DNA of 64,000 bases from Azolla caroliniana (lineage: Eukaryota > Plantae > Polypodiophyta). Position 1 is the stretch's first letter. The number at the start of each line of letters is the position of its first letter. The DNA lies in NCBI GenBank assembly GCA_043228905.1, contig JBHGNT010000018.1, positions 11,966,001 through 12,030,000 of the forward strand, written 5' to 3'. Under the pieces are notes generated by a model. It searched no databases, was not told where the DNA came from, and saw only the letters and a list, made by a program, of their open reading frames with translations. Shown in pieces: positions 23,796 to 36,186 of the stretch. The translations under genes and the position numbers were made by a program.

Positions 23796-24905
23796 TGTCA
23801 TGAACATCGACTCGAATGTGAACCTTAGGCCCTTGTATATATATATTTCTCGTAGACAAACTTTAGACTTCAAACCTTTGTATAAAGAGTGGTATGTAAG
23901 ATTGAGTATGTAAGACTGAGTATGTAAGACTTGGCATGCAAGAATTAGTATGCTTGATATTATAGTATGTAAGACTTGGCATGAGCAATGCTTATCATGC
24001 ATCACTACATGTATAAAAAGGGTTGATCTCCCTTGTTAACATCAAGGAGATCAACACTAGTCATGGAATAGATATTTTTACTCATTGTCATCAACTTCTC
24101 GATCTCCCTATCTCATCAACTTCCCCATCTCTTTACCTCCAATTGTTCATCCGTGATAGATTGATCTCCTTCTTTCTTTCCATCTTTTCTTCTTTCTCAA
24201 TACAATATCATGTTAGAATCATCTAGTAATCTTGAGCAAATTTTGGCGGTCGTGTAACAACTCCAACATGAAAATACAAGCTTGCGAAACTCTGTTCAAA
24301 AACTTCAGACAGCCACAATGGTTATACCTCACCCGATTGTTGACCCTTATGCTGTAGAACCCAATGTCAGGTTGCTAGAAAAATTCGATGGAACAAGGTC
24401 ATGGCTAAGAGGTTTCATCAACCAAATCCGCCTTATTATTCGTCTTCAGCCCCGACGCTATTCTGATGACTTTCGAAATGTTGGGCTCATCAGCACGTTG
24501 CTGACAGGACAAGCACAAGCTTGGTTTGCCCCTCTAGTGGAGACCTCTTCACCTCTCTTGAATGACTTCCAAGCATTTCTTACCGAATTTGAGGAAACTT
24601 TTGGGGAGATCGACAAACGATGAGCCGCACTCAACAAACTATATGTGTTACAACAAGGCAATCATGTGGCGTCAATCTATGCATCTAAAGTTCATTAGCT
24701 CACGTGCGATGTTGAGTGGGACGGACAAGCCCTCCTCGATCAATTCTGCCGAGGATTACAAGGTGAGATAAAAAATCTTTTACTTAATTTACCTGAGCCC
24801 ACATCTTTGAATGAGGCTATTTCCCAAGCTGTGTGCTGCGATAACCGTCTCTTTGAGTTCCAGCAAGAGGAACGTCTTCACCGGATCTATCCACCTTGGC
24901 CAGCC
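23796..24905 (+). mobile_element. gag: Chromoviral Gypsy F, 5' fragment (LTR 23796-24158, gag pseudogene from 24210)
   Basis: TGTCATG...CGTGATA LTR with TATA at 24012; gag with EKFDGTRS...GFINQIRL and EAISQAVCCDNRLFE, similar to element E gag. Confidence 0.8.
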
Positions 24906-25636
24906 GCTACGCGAACTTGTGCAAGTTCACTAATCTTAATCTTCATATTTTATTTTTACTACTATCTTCGAAACAAAACTCCTCACACATATATTATACA
25001 CACTCATAATCATCAAACATCTTTAGTTTGTCAATCATTTATTACCTTATTCTTATAATTTGGTAATCTCTATAGTAATGCCACTATTAATGTTGCGCAT
25101 ACGTCTCCTCATATCGATGTTAAGAGTATATTATTAATCAATAAACCAAAATAAAGTAAAAAGAAGGAAAATAGATTGGATACAAGAACCTGTTCCACCC
25201 GACCACCCCCGAGCAATGATCTAGACATAGCCAACCTACCACCGACGTCCCATACCATTGGATATTAGGATGACTAATATCTTGAAAGAGATAACACGAT
25301 CGTCGAGACGAAAGCCTAGCCCGCACAACCGGTGCCTAAGACAACAACCTTCCGATGTAATGTTCTTATGAGGGTAGCTAAGACTCATTTTTATACCTCT
25401 TCCTAGGTCCCTTGAATAGATGTGCTTGTCTAAAAGGCTCTCCATTCATTGGTTGTTCATATCATGATAGTGCATGCACCCATCATTCCTTCTATCCAAA
25501 AAAATTAGTCCCCTCTTTAACATTAGTGAACATACCCTTCCCGTATGTAAATATTGGTGACCTACCCTCACCTACATTATGTGTACATAACAATCGAGGC
25601 CATAATTATTCTTCGGGCCAACACAACCCCTTTGTT

Positions 25637-26115
25637 CTAGAAATCTTGGAGAAAGTCTTTAGATTGATGCCTTGGATTGTCACGAAGATGCTCTTTGTTT
25701 CCACATGGTTTGGTCAGACAATCAGGAATTGAATTAAACTTCTTCCATCTTCGCTTTTGATCCAAGTGAATGTTGATCCATTATCTATTACATTTGTTTC
25801 CATTATTATTTTAGTGATGTATGGTTGACTCAAAATGATTGGTAGAAGGCTTCTCTTGAACAAAGAAATTCTAATCTATAGAAACTTCCTCTGTACTTAC
25901 CTTAATGTTGGGCCATGTTCAAAGAGATCTTCCATTGCTTCTATTGCCACCCAAAATTTCCATCAATAGTTTTTCTTGATAGGTCACTTCTCATGATTCT
26001 ACAAGTTTGAAGAAATGATATTATTTTCAGAACCGTGGTCGATCAATGTAATACATGATTCCACCTCTTTCTTGATACTGACTAATGCCTTTATTATCAC
26101 CCAAGCCCAATGAGC
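25637..26115 (-). pseudogene. Degenerate aspartic protease of the tRNA-Trp Gypsy family
   Basis: Manual translation gives AHWAW...TLIDHGSENNIIS...QPYIT...DNGSTF...IQFL...QDF*, matching element G protease (PHWAR...LVDHGSEINLMS...EDF*). Confidence 0.75.
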
Positions 26116-26120
26116 ACAAG

Positions 26121-28212
26121 TGTAAAGAATAGTGTGGGGAAGCTAACAGACACAACCGGTTATAGCTGGATAACAATAGAAAGTAAGCAAAGGTTTAATG
26201 GAAGCTCAGATAATACGCAGAGAACTCGGGAGAGACAAAGAGCATAACATAGAAATTCTATTACAAAAATAATACTATACAAGTGTGCTCTATCAACACT
26301 TTTATACAAGTCCTTAAAAGGACCAATAGAAGTACTAACATATACTTCAATGCTCATAATGGAGCGACTGACACTTACTCCTAAACATATGCCTATCTAC
26401 TAGGCTACGATGTAGGCCTCCAATGGCCTACCGACTCTCGTCAATCCGGGTCACTGGTCTGATCCGGGCTGAGCCAATCGGGTCTTCACCTGATCTGTCT
26501 CCCAGATTGTTCAGTCAATATGGCCCATGTTGAGTTTGCTTCTCAACACTCCCCCTCAAGCTGAACTTGAGGTTCCTTCTGCTCTGCCGGTTTCTTGACT
26601 CGGCTTCTCTTGGCGTCTTCACGCCTTGCTCGCGCCCCTCGTTCGGTCCGGTTCCCCGTTCCATGAACCCTCTGGTCTAATGCTTCTCGACCCATCCGAC
26701 TGTGCACATCTTGACCCTTACAATCTGCTTGTCTGCTCATCAGGCCCATCTCAGCTCGCTATCGCGGTATTGGCGTCCATCCACCCGCCGGTTTGGTATC
26801 CACTTCAACTACCTTCTCTTCCGCTAGGCCTTTTTCTTTCGGTCGGGTCTGTCCTTCTTGACTCTACCGCCTCTGCCACCTGCTTCGGTTCTTCCGAACG
26901 TGTCAACTTCTTCAGTGGATTCAACATCCTCTTCGGTTTTCGCATTCTCGTGTTGCTTTCCCCCCTGTTCCATGACCTGTTCTCCCCCTCAAGTGTCGCA
27001 AGTCGAGATGTTGTAGCCCAAGCATCTCCAAGAAGTGCTGAAACTGGTCCGATCCAAGTGCCTTAGTGGATATCCGGCAACCTGCCGATCGGTTCAAACA
27101 TACCGGAGTTCGACTTCATCGCTTAGGACCCGCTCGCGCACAAAGTGACAATGTACTTCTATATGCTTCATGCGGGCATGGAAAACGAGGTTCTTGGCAA
27201 GCTGCATACTACTGATGTTGTTGTAGTAGATCAAGATCAAAGTAGGAACCTCGACCCTTAAGTCTTGCAGCAGCCGCCGAAGTCATATAGCTGCACTAGT
27301 TGTGATGATGGCTCCTCTATACTCGGCTTCGGTGCTTGACAAGGCCACTATCAGCTGCTTCTTGTTGCTCCAAGCTACATCCGCGCTCCCAAGAGAAAAT
27401 ATGAAGTCCGATGTCGATCATCGAACTAATGCATCGCCATCCTAGTCGATATCTGTATAGCCGACTAACGGTTGGGCAACCCAGTACCAGTATTGGAGTC
27501 CTCGATCTTTCGTGCCACTCACATATCTCAATAGTCGATGTGCACATTGTAGGTGCTCGAGAGTTGTTCTTTGCATGAACTTATTGATCACATTGACCGG
27601 ATAGCTAAGGTTTGTGTCATGGACATGACAACAGTCATGTCATGATTCGAACTCTTGACCTACTGTATTTAATCGATATGTTTTAACTAGTACATCCAAT
27701 ACATAATCATGTTACCTTACTAGATTATTGTAGACTATCTATTCTACATGTAAGATTTTAGAAGCTTCCAGAAAGCTCTAGAAGCTAGAACATTCTAGAA
27801 GCTTGTGCATGAAAATGAGTCTTTGCATGGGGCTACATTTATAGCCCATAAACATGTATAAATACAGGGGTTCACCTTGGCCTTAGTCAAGGTGAACAAC
27901 ACTAGTTACAGAATCATAATTCAGTTCTTGTTCTCTTGACTACTTTCTATCTCTCTTTCTTATTATCTTGTCTATGATGTCTCTCACTTTGTTAGTATTG
28001 AGCCTCGTCTACTTGTTCGTGATAGTGTGGTTGGGTGATAGTTAAATAGATGAAGCTTTCGACAATTTACCGGAATTGTTTCTCATCACAGGTCGCTCCC
28101 GAGTTGGGACGTAGCTTCAGGTTCTTGTCGAGAGGTGTCGAGACAGATCAACAATCCGACATGTCGAACTTGTACATCATATTCAGAACATAATGTCATT
28201 GAGACAACACTA
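26121..28212 (-). mobile_element. Ty1/Copia H (J family), 3' fragment; 3' LTR 26121-26548
   Basis: PPT CTTGAGGGGGAG (26549-26560, minus); RNase H (FHARMKHIEVHCHFVRER) and RT end; LTR similar to J, K and L. Confidence 0.85.
27615..28024 (+). mobile_element. Solo LTR of chromoviral type inserted in Copia H RT
   Basis: TGTCATG...CGTGATA; flanks GTTTG / GTGTG (4 of 5 match); removing it restores ...LTITQPNLSYPV; shares TATA and CAACACTAGT motif with E and F LTRs. Confidence 0.78.
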
Positions 28213-28731
28213 TGTGCGGAAATGGTGCTCGGCCACAATCGAGTCTTAATTACTCAATGGAAGAAAAAAAAAAGTAGAAATAAGTTAGACAGTGCGAGCC
28301 TTGGAGGCAACGACCTCGAGCCCTATGTCTTCACCAACCGACAGTTACAATAGAGAAACTTTCTGTATCTCGCTCTCGCTCTCTCAATCTCTCTTTGTGT
28401 CTATACAACAATATCTCTCTATACACTACTAGATACCCAGAGTGATTGACCAAAGTCATATTTATACTTATATGAATTTAGGACTATTTACAAATATGGC
28501 CATGATAGGCACACTAGAAACATATTTACAGATATGTCCCTAGATCCGGTTCACAGCGGATCCATCTAGATACCTTCCAGATCTGTCCGGTCCGATTCCT
28601 TCCTTCGGGTCATCTGGATCTCATCTGGAGGGACCGAATTCCCAACAAGCTCCACCTTCACTCTGGCATGGCATGTCTTGTCAATCTGATTCGACTCCTG
28701 CACCTGTCCAGCTTGTCGGCTGACAACACCT

Positions 28732-31237
28732 TGTTGCCAATTAGGAACACTGTCTACGGTCAGTCCTTCGACCTAGACCTCAAGGTGACTGTGTTGCAAG
28801 GAATGGTATTGTTGTACCGTAATATGTAATGGGATACTTCCCCGTATCCTAGTAGCGTACAAGAGAGACGGCTACAACCGAACTCCTTAGACAGTGCAGT
28901 AGTATCTGCACTTACGCCTGCACCCTTACGATTACAATACGCCATAGAGAACAAAGAACACAGTAGATCAAACCACAAGTATGCACAGAAATTAGAGAAG
29001 ATAGTATTCTATTAGAATAACGCTCTATGCACCAAAATTATACGCTACCTCTTACAAAGGATTTCTGCCCTTTATATACACAGGGTCTTTTAGCCGTTCA
29101 CGCTTCCCGTGTGAGCTATTACATGCGTTTCTTACGCTTTTACTATATTCTATATTTCTGCGCTTCTGTCTGTCGGTTACTATTCCGGCGGACAACACCT
29201 GGCATGCCTGTGGGAAAGTGCCATGGCACGTCGGACCCACCCCTTTATTCTTCCTCCAAAATGGCCCGGATGTTTTGTTCTCCCCCGATGTCCTAGTCTA
29301 GGTACGACGTAGTGTCCGTAGGCACGTCGTTGCGTGGTTCCTTGTGTTGTACTTGCTCGGTGGGGCTTTCCATGGTGTCACTGTCTTCCTGTGTGGGCGA
29401 TCCGGGCTCTGCTGGCTCATCCCGTTCTACTGTGGGTGGCTCATCCGTCGGCGGGCTCTCGGTAGGTTGAGGCTCTGAACTGTCTGTAACTTCCTCCATG
29501 TTGCCGGTCGTAGTCGTACACTCCGGTGAATGGGGCAAAGGTTCTTCCTGTTCGGCGGTCTCACTTTCCGGTATCGCGATGGGCTCCATTCGTTGTTCCG
29601 TGGTGCCTATCGTAGCTGTTATTTCCGGTGACGTGGGTTGAGGTTCCTCTTGGTCGGCATTATCAGTTATTGGTATCGTGATGGGTTCCGATCCGTATAC
29701 CGGGGTCGTTCTTCTTGGCGCCTTTGATCGTAACAGTGAGGCGGGCGTTGTGTTTCCACGCTTCGTACTGTGGGCGTGGGTTTGTTCAACATATTGTACT
29801 CACACTGCTCGACTATGTGTGCTTTTGAGTGATAGATTGGGCAATGGATTCGCATGTTGCATTCCATTGTGGAATGCCCAGAATTGAGGCAAATCGTGCA
29901 TTGGATTGCCTGGCGAAAATGTCATTCCTCGTCCTGAGGTAATGCTTGTCGTAATGAGGACATGGAAAATCTTTCCTCTTCTTCGTCCAGCTCGAGCTGT
30001 AGTGCTCATTCTATGACCATATTGGCTTTTTCTCCTTTCACGCTATTGTTGTTGAGCATTTTCCGTATCGGTCGCCGTAAAGCTGCCAGAAATGTCTCCC
30101 GAGCCTCGTCCTCTGTCGGACCCCGTTCTAATTTCCACAACATATTTTGGAAGCGTAAACTGAAGTATGTTATAGTTTCGGTTGGCAACTGTTTGATTGT
30201 ATAGAACTGTCCTAGGATTTCGCGTTGCGGCACCCTCCGATGAAAGAAACGCAGAAAGGCCGACTGTAGCTGGTCGAAGGTCGTGATTGCTGGCAGATCC
30301 ATCTGCGAATGCCAAAATGCAGCTCTACCATCCAGAGTTAATCCAAACTCTGTCATTTTGGACTGGTGCACTACCTCTTTGGGAAGTCTCTGCGCCATGT
30401 GATTCGCATTCGAGACATTCAGGAATAGGCGAATGTGGGTTGCGGTGTCTATTTCGCCATTGAAGCGGGGATAGGAGAACCATGATAGATGCTACGACGG
30501 GCAAGGAAAGACCACAGTGCTTGTGTGGTGATGGCACTTCCTACGTGTCGCCGAGGTATTTGGTGAGTGGGAAGTCGACTTTGTGGTCCCAACAGATATC
30601 ACTGAGGTCACTGAGGCGAGGTTTTTGCCATGCGCGTTCCTCTACCTGGCGTGTGATGGACCTTGTGATTGGTCGGTCTTGTCGTGTTGGTTCTCTGGGA
30701 CGTCTACGGCTAAACATCCATTCGTCGTTGTTCGTCTGTGAGAAGACACAGATCACCAGGTGTGCCAAACGTGTTGCCGATTAGGAACACTGTCTACAGT
30801 CAGTCTTTCGACCTAGACCTCAAGGTGACTGCGTTGCAAGGAATGGTATCATCGTACCGTAATACCTAATGGGATACTTCCCCGTATCCTAGTAGCGTAC
30901 AAGGGAGACGGCTACAACCGAACTCCTTAGATAGTGCAGTAGTATTTGCACTTATGCCTACGCCCTTACGATTACAATACCACATAGAGAACAAAGAGAA
31001 CAATAGATCAAACCACAAATATGCACAGAAATAAGAGAAGATAGTATTCTATTAGAATAACGCTCTTTGCACCAAAATTATACGCTACCTCTTACAGAGG
31101 ATTTCTGCCCTTTATATACACAGGGTCTTTTAGTTGTTCACGCTTCCCGCGTGAACAGTTATATGCGTTCCTTACACTTTTACTATATTCTATATTTCTG
31201 CGCTTCTGTCTGTCGGTTACTATTCCGACGGACAACA
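28732..31237 (-). mobile_element. Non-autonomous gag-only LTR element M (related to N)
   Basis: 466-bp LTRs at 28732-29197 and 30772-31237; TSD CACCT (28727-28731, 31238-31242); gag homologous to N; no pol. Confidence 0.92.
29245..30718 (-). pseudogene. gag: Element M gag with two Cys/His knuckles, followed by an acidic tail
   Basis: EFGLTLDGRAAFWH...FLRFFHRRVPQREILGQFY matches N EFGMTLEGPAARWH...FLRLFHRRVEQRELVGQFY; tail ends ILEEE*; stops and frameshifts present. Confidence 0.8.
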
Positions 31238-31429
31238 CACCTTGGTCAGCATGTCCGACCCATTCTCCTCCTTATGGATCTTCATTAGCAAGAACTCTTT
31301 ATCTTCTACCTTCTCGTGGAGCAAGTGATATCTCCTCTAGATGTGCTTGGTTCGGGAGTGGTAGGCCACGTTCTTCGCGAGGTGGATGGCACTTTGACTG
31401 TCGCAATGGAGCCGGAATTCCTCTTGTCG

Positions 31430-31671
31430 GATCCCCAACTCTCCGATGAAGTTCTTCATCCAGATTACCTCTTTACCAGCTTCTATAACCGCCATGTACT
31501 CTATTTCTGTTGCCGATAGTGCAACGGACTTCTATAGCCTCGATTGCCACGATCCCCAACTCTCCGATGAAGTCCTTCATCTAGAGTACCTCTTTACTGG
31601 CTTCTACAACCGCCATGTACTCTACTTCCGTTGTCGATAGTGCAACGGACTTCTATAGCCTCAACTGCCAC
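31430..31671. repeat. 121-bp tandem duplication in Copia I RNase H, followed by a C18 run (31676-31693)
   Basis: Units start GATCCCCAACTCTCCGATGAAG at 31430 and 31551; GAT microhomology at 31672; copies have diverged. Confidence 0.88.
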
Positions 31672-33981
31672 GATACCCCCCCCCCCCCCCCCGCATAAGT
31701 CATGACATATCCGGACGTAGACCGGCTGGTATCCGCATCAGCCGACAGATCCGAATCCGTGTATTCTTCAAGTTGGTTTTCGTGAGCCGAATCAGAGGTA
31801 CATACTCGAGGTGCCTTTCAAGTACTAGAGTATCCACTTGGCCGTGGTCGAGTGTTGGCTTCCCGGATTGCTCATGAAACGGCTCACCACTCCGACTGCA
31901 TTCCGATATCCGGTTGGGTACACACCATTGCGTACATTAAGCTTTTGATGGCATAAGCATATGGTACCTTCATCATCTCCGACTTCTCCATCTTTATCTT
32001 CGGACTTTGCTTCCCAGACAGCTTGCAATCTGCTGGAAGTGTCGACTCAACCGACTTTGCATCCGTCATGCTGAACCGTTGGAGCGCCTTTGTCACGTAC
32101 TTCTCCTGTGACACCCACAATAGCTTCTTCATCCGGTCCCGGACTATGTGCATCCCTAGTATCTATCTTGCCGGACCCAAATCTTTCATTCAGAAGGTCC
32201 GGTTCAAGGCCTTCTTCAGATTCCCAATTTTGGTTCGGTTTGGTCCGACGATCAGGATGTCATCCACATATAGCAGGAGTATTAGGAAGTCTTCTCTATC
32301 GAAATTCTTCACAAATACATAGTGGTTGGCTTGTGTCTTGTGGTATCCTTGATCGGTCATAAAGGAGTCAAAATTCTGGCACCATTTCTGGGGAGTGTGC
32401 TTCAGTCGGTATAAGCTCTTCCTCAACCGGCATACCAATTGCTCCTTCCCTTTCTTGACAAACCCCTCTGACTGTTGCATGTAGATCTCTTCTTCGAGGT
32501 CACCGTGCAGGAACACCGTCTTGACGTCTAGTTGCTCGACCTCGGGGTCCATGCTTGCCGCAATGCTCAACACAGTCCGGATGGATGTCATCTTGACTAC
32601 CGGGGCAAAACTCTCGTTGAAATCCACTCCCTTTTTCTATTGGAAATCCTTCACCACGATCCGGGCTTTGTATCTTGGTGGATTTCTAGCATCTCCAGGT
32701 TTCAACTTGTACACCCACTTGTTTTGGAGCGTTCTCTTTCCTTTTGGCACCTCCGTCAATTCATATGTGTGGTTCTCATGTAGGGAATCCATCTTGTCTT
32801 GCATGTTACTTAACCACTTGTGGGTATGGATGTCTTTCTTCGCTTCCTCGAAGCTTTTCGGCTTCCCCTCATTAGTTAGCAACACATGCACTACATTCGG
32901 AAATCTCCGGGGGGCCCCTTCTCTCTCTGAGAGGATATCTCCATCCTTGACTTTCGACCACTGATTCCTCTGTTTGTTCTTCATTCGAATCTGCCTCGGG
33001 GTCTTGTCCGATTCTTGTATCTGATTCTTCTTCTTCGATCAGTTTGGTTTCTTGTCTGGATCTGACCGAATCTTTGAGTGTCATCCAACTTCGAGTCGGA
33101 TGAGTCCTTGTATCTTCTGACTGATGTTGTGTGATTCTTCACACACTATATAAAAAAATAATGAAATAATTATTTGAGATTATCTTAATAGCTTGGTATA
33201 AAAAGCTGGGCGTCTTCAAGAGCTTCCGAACGTATTTTACTACATATGCTTGAGAAGAGGGGGGAATAAAATTTTAAGATATCCCACATAAACAGGAAAA
33301 TTTCGGATACAACATTATATAAGCAGACCTAGAACCTATTAGTTTATATGTGTGTTTGGAGCATAGAATGGTCAAGGTGATTGGGTTTAGGTGTTTGGAT
33401 GGAGGGATGAGACCGAATTGCTTATAACAGTTTTGGGACAAGACCGGACAAGACGGATCATGCACGGGCCGAACTTTACGGATGATAGGATCATGCAGCC
33501 AAATTAAAGTAAAGTAAAGTAAAGTAAAGGTCATATGGACGCATGCAACTGCACATAGAGGCCATTGAACTAAAGTAAAGGTCATGTGTGGATGCATGCA
33601 ACTGAATGTAGAGACCATGCAACTAAATCAAAGGTCATGTGTGGATGCATGCAACTAGGGGAGAGATGCAAACTAGAGTTCCTTCATGCAAGTGCGAGAA
33701 GGGAGGAGAAAAGCTATCTCTTGATAATCCATCAATCCTAATTTTCTTATCGACGCCATCTTTCTAAAAAACCCTAATTTTCTTTCTTATCGAAGCCATA
33801 TCTCCATTAATCTGCTAATCTATTACTCTATTAATCTCCGTAAGCTAAAACTTCTGGAATCCCAATCTCGGGATAGATTGTAATTTTCCTTTTCCTTTGC
33901 TAATGAAAATTATCAAACTTTATCATTTCGATTAATTCTTAAAACTTAAACGTACGAATCTAGTATCCTCTGGTCGGAGGC

Positions 33982-34337
33982 TGTTGAGCGGCAAGCTCCA
34001 CCGGATCCGGATCGGCAAGCCGGTGAGCAAGTGAACCGGTGAGCTGGGGAGCCGGTTAACTGGATCAAGTAGTAACCGGAAGCCAAGTAGCAGCAAGTCT
34101 ACTAGGGAGTTAATATCTCGTAGTTAGTGTTAGACACTCGTGTGAGCATTGAAGTACACCGTACTTCTGTCAATCCGTATGGATTTGTATAAAAGTGTCC
34201 ACTGAACACATATGATGTACAGACTGAGTAGTAGTATTTTGAATTGAGTTTCAGTGTGCTCTCTCTCTCTCTGTCTCCATTAAACCTGTTTTTTGTTTTT
34301 TGTTTTCTATTGCTTCCACACACTATTTGTTTCTACA
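33982..34337 (+). repeat. Copia J 5' LTR
   Basis: TGTTGAGC...TCTACA directly followed by TGGTATCAGAGC. Confidence 0.92.
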
Positions 34338-34428
34338 TGGTATCAGAGCGTGAGGGTTGAGAATCTCTGCAACCGACATTCGCTTTCGCAAGAAGTAAAC
34401 CTAACCTTTGTAAAGAAAAAACAAACAA

Positions 34429-35492
34429 ATGGATAGAGGAATGGCTAGCTTGCTCCCGGTGGAGAAGCTCGACAGATCCAACTACGCATCTTGGTCACAC
34501 AAGGTGCACCAGTACCTACTTCGGCATGGTTACTGGACCTATGTCGATGGAGCTAATGACACAGCAACTGATGCGACACACAAGGACTTCCCAGTGTGGG
34601 AACAATCGGTAAGCAGGGTGATGTACTGCTTTGCGTCCAGTGTCGGAGACCAGTTGCTGAGCCACATCCGAGATGCCAAGACGCTGAAAGAGGCTTGGGG
34701 AAACTTGAAGAAGGTGTTCGCCGCAAGCACTATAGCCCGGACGCTGCAACTCCAACAAGAGATGAGCAATGTCCGACAGAAGGACATGTCGGTGGCTGAT
34801 TACACGGCCCGAATCAAAGAGATCTGGGACTCCCTTGCCTCTATCAACGTCACAGTAGAGGAAGACGAGATGGTACAGGTCTGTCTTGGGGGCCTGGCGT
34901 CTAAGTTCTGAGCTTTCCGATACACCGTCATTTTTTGACTTACAGTCGATACTCCATGTAGAGGAGAACCAAGCCGGTGCGTCAACAAGTGCACCCACCG
35001 ATAGCCGGATGCTGTACACGGAGGTGGATCGGCCCCATGGGCGTGGTGGACGAGGCCGGTCGGCACGCAATGGAGGTGGCTAGCAAGGGCAAGACCGACG
35101 ACATAGAGACCGTGCCAATAGCAATTTCGGGACCTCCACAACCAGGGGGAGTCAAGGCGGCGCCGGAAGCCAGCAAGAAAAATCCGCCACGGAATGCTGG
35201 TATTGTGGTAAAAAGGGCCACAGAGAAAGGGATTGCTGGAAGAAGCGCGCCGATTCGGACAAATCCGGATTTGGCAGAGAGAACCGACAATACTCGCACT
35301 ACGTAAAACCGGAAAAGCCGGGAAAGGGCCAGCCTTGGTAATGAAATACGAGGCTAACTCAATGAAGAAGACCACTTGCAAATCGGAGGAAGTGTGGTAC
35401 GTTGATTCCGGTGCATTGAACCACATGACGAGCCATAAAGAGTGGTTCTCCTTCTTGGAGAAACCGGAACAACCAGGAATCGTCGAAACCGG
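34429..35492 (+). pseudogene. gag: Copia J gag-protease
   Basis: EKLDRSNYASW, CWYCGKKGH knuckle, WYVDSGALNHM; interrupted by G. Confidence 0.9.
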
Positions 35493-36142
35493 TGTCGTGA
35501 AGAAAACCGTCCACAAGCGAAATCGGTGTACCGGAGCGTAGAAACCGACTCTTCATGCACGCGCGCCTTAAGTTGTACATAGGAGATCCTAGGTAGATTC
35601 GGTAGGTAGGGAGAAAAGGGGAAACGGCTCCTTCCTTGCCTATAAAAAGAAGGGGGACGAGGAGGGTAGAGGGATCGCGGAGAGTCGAGGACGAAGTGCT
35701 GTCGGATTGGGCGCGAAGGCTTCTCTCTCTCCCTCTCTCTCTCTCTCTGGTTCGCGGACTCCATAGCTTCCTTCTGTGCAGGTTTCGGGAGGCTCGCGCT
35801 GCTCTGAGGAATGCCCGAGTGCTTCCGGAAGCACCTCCAACTTGTTCCTGTCTTTCTGTGTGTTTACGAACAGGCATCGGCATCTGTCCGCCGGCCTGTT
35901 CGGTTGTAACCGACTTCGTGTTTTGTTGTCTTCGTGTTCTTGTTGTTTGTCTTGTCAATACATACATACTTTCGTGTCTTTCTCTGTCGCTGTCCCACTC
36001 GCATCCTTGCGTCGAAGGGTCGTGTCCCTGTGAATCTACGCCCGCACGTAGTGGGTCTCTCTCTCTCTCTCTCTCTTACTCTTCGGTACAAGACCCCCGA
36101 GGTCCCGCCTCACTCCACGCATCCGCGAGGAATACCTCGACA
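35493..36142 (+). repeat. Element G 5' LTR
   Basis: Direct repeat of 41851-42500; TATAAAA at 35641. Confidence 0.95.
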
Positions 36143-36146
36143 TATT

Positions 36147-36164
36147 TGGTGAACCCGACGTGAA
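36147..36164 (+). promoter_or_regulatory. Primer binding site (tRNA-Trp), element G
   Basis: TGGTGAACCCGACGTGAA 4 nt after the LTR. Confidence 0.85.
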
Positions 36165-36186
36165 AGAGGCGGCAGAAGAGCAGAAG

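Larger units (their letters stand above)
28213..33124 (-). mobile_element. Ty1/Copia I (B family), 3' fragment; 3' LTR about 28213-28647; hosts M
   Basis: RT ORFs 32190-32984 closely resemble B (FAPVVKMTSIR, QLDVKT, YVDDIL); RNase H 31243-31720; PPT/LTR junction at 28647 matches B. Confidence 0.85.

Noticed and set aside
24912-24936. GAACTTG-TG-CAAGTTC hairpin followed by CTAAT as a Helitron 3' end
   Set aside because: Spacing is atypical and no 5' TC end or Rep/helicase is visible. The region 24905-25630 remains unassigned.
31676-31693. C18 run as a functional G-quadruplex or PPT
   Set aside because: It sits at the GGGGGA codons of RNase H seen in related Copia B and is best explained by homopolymer expansion or sequencing error.
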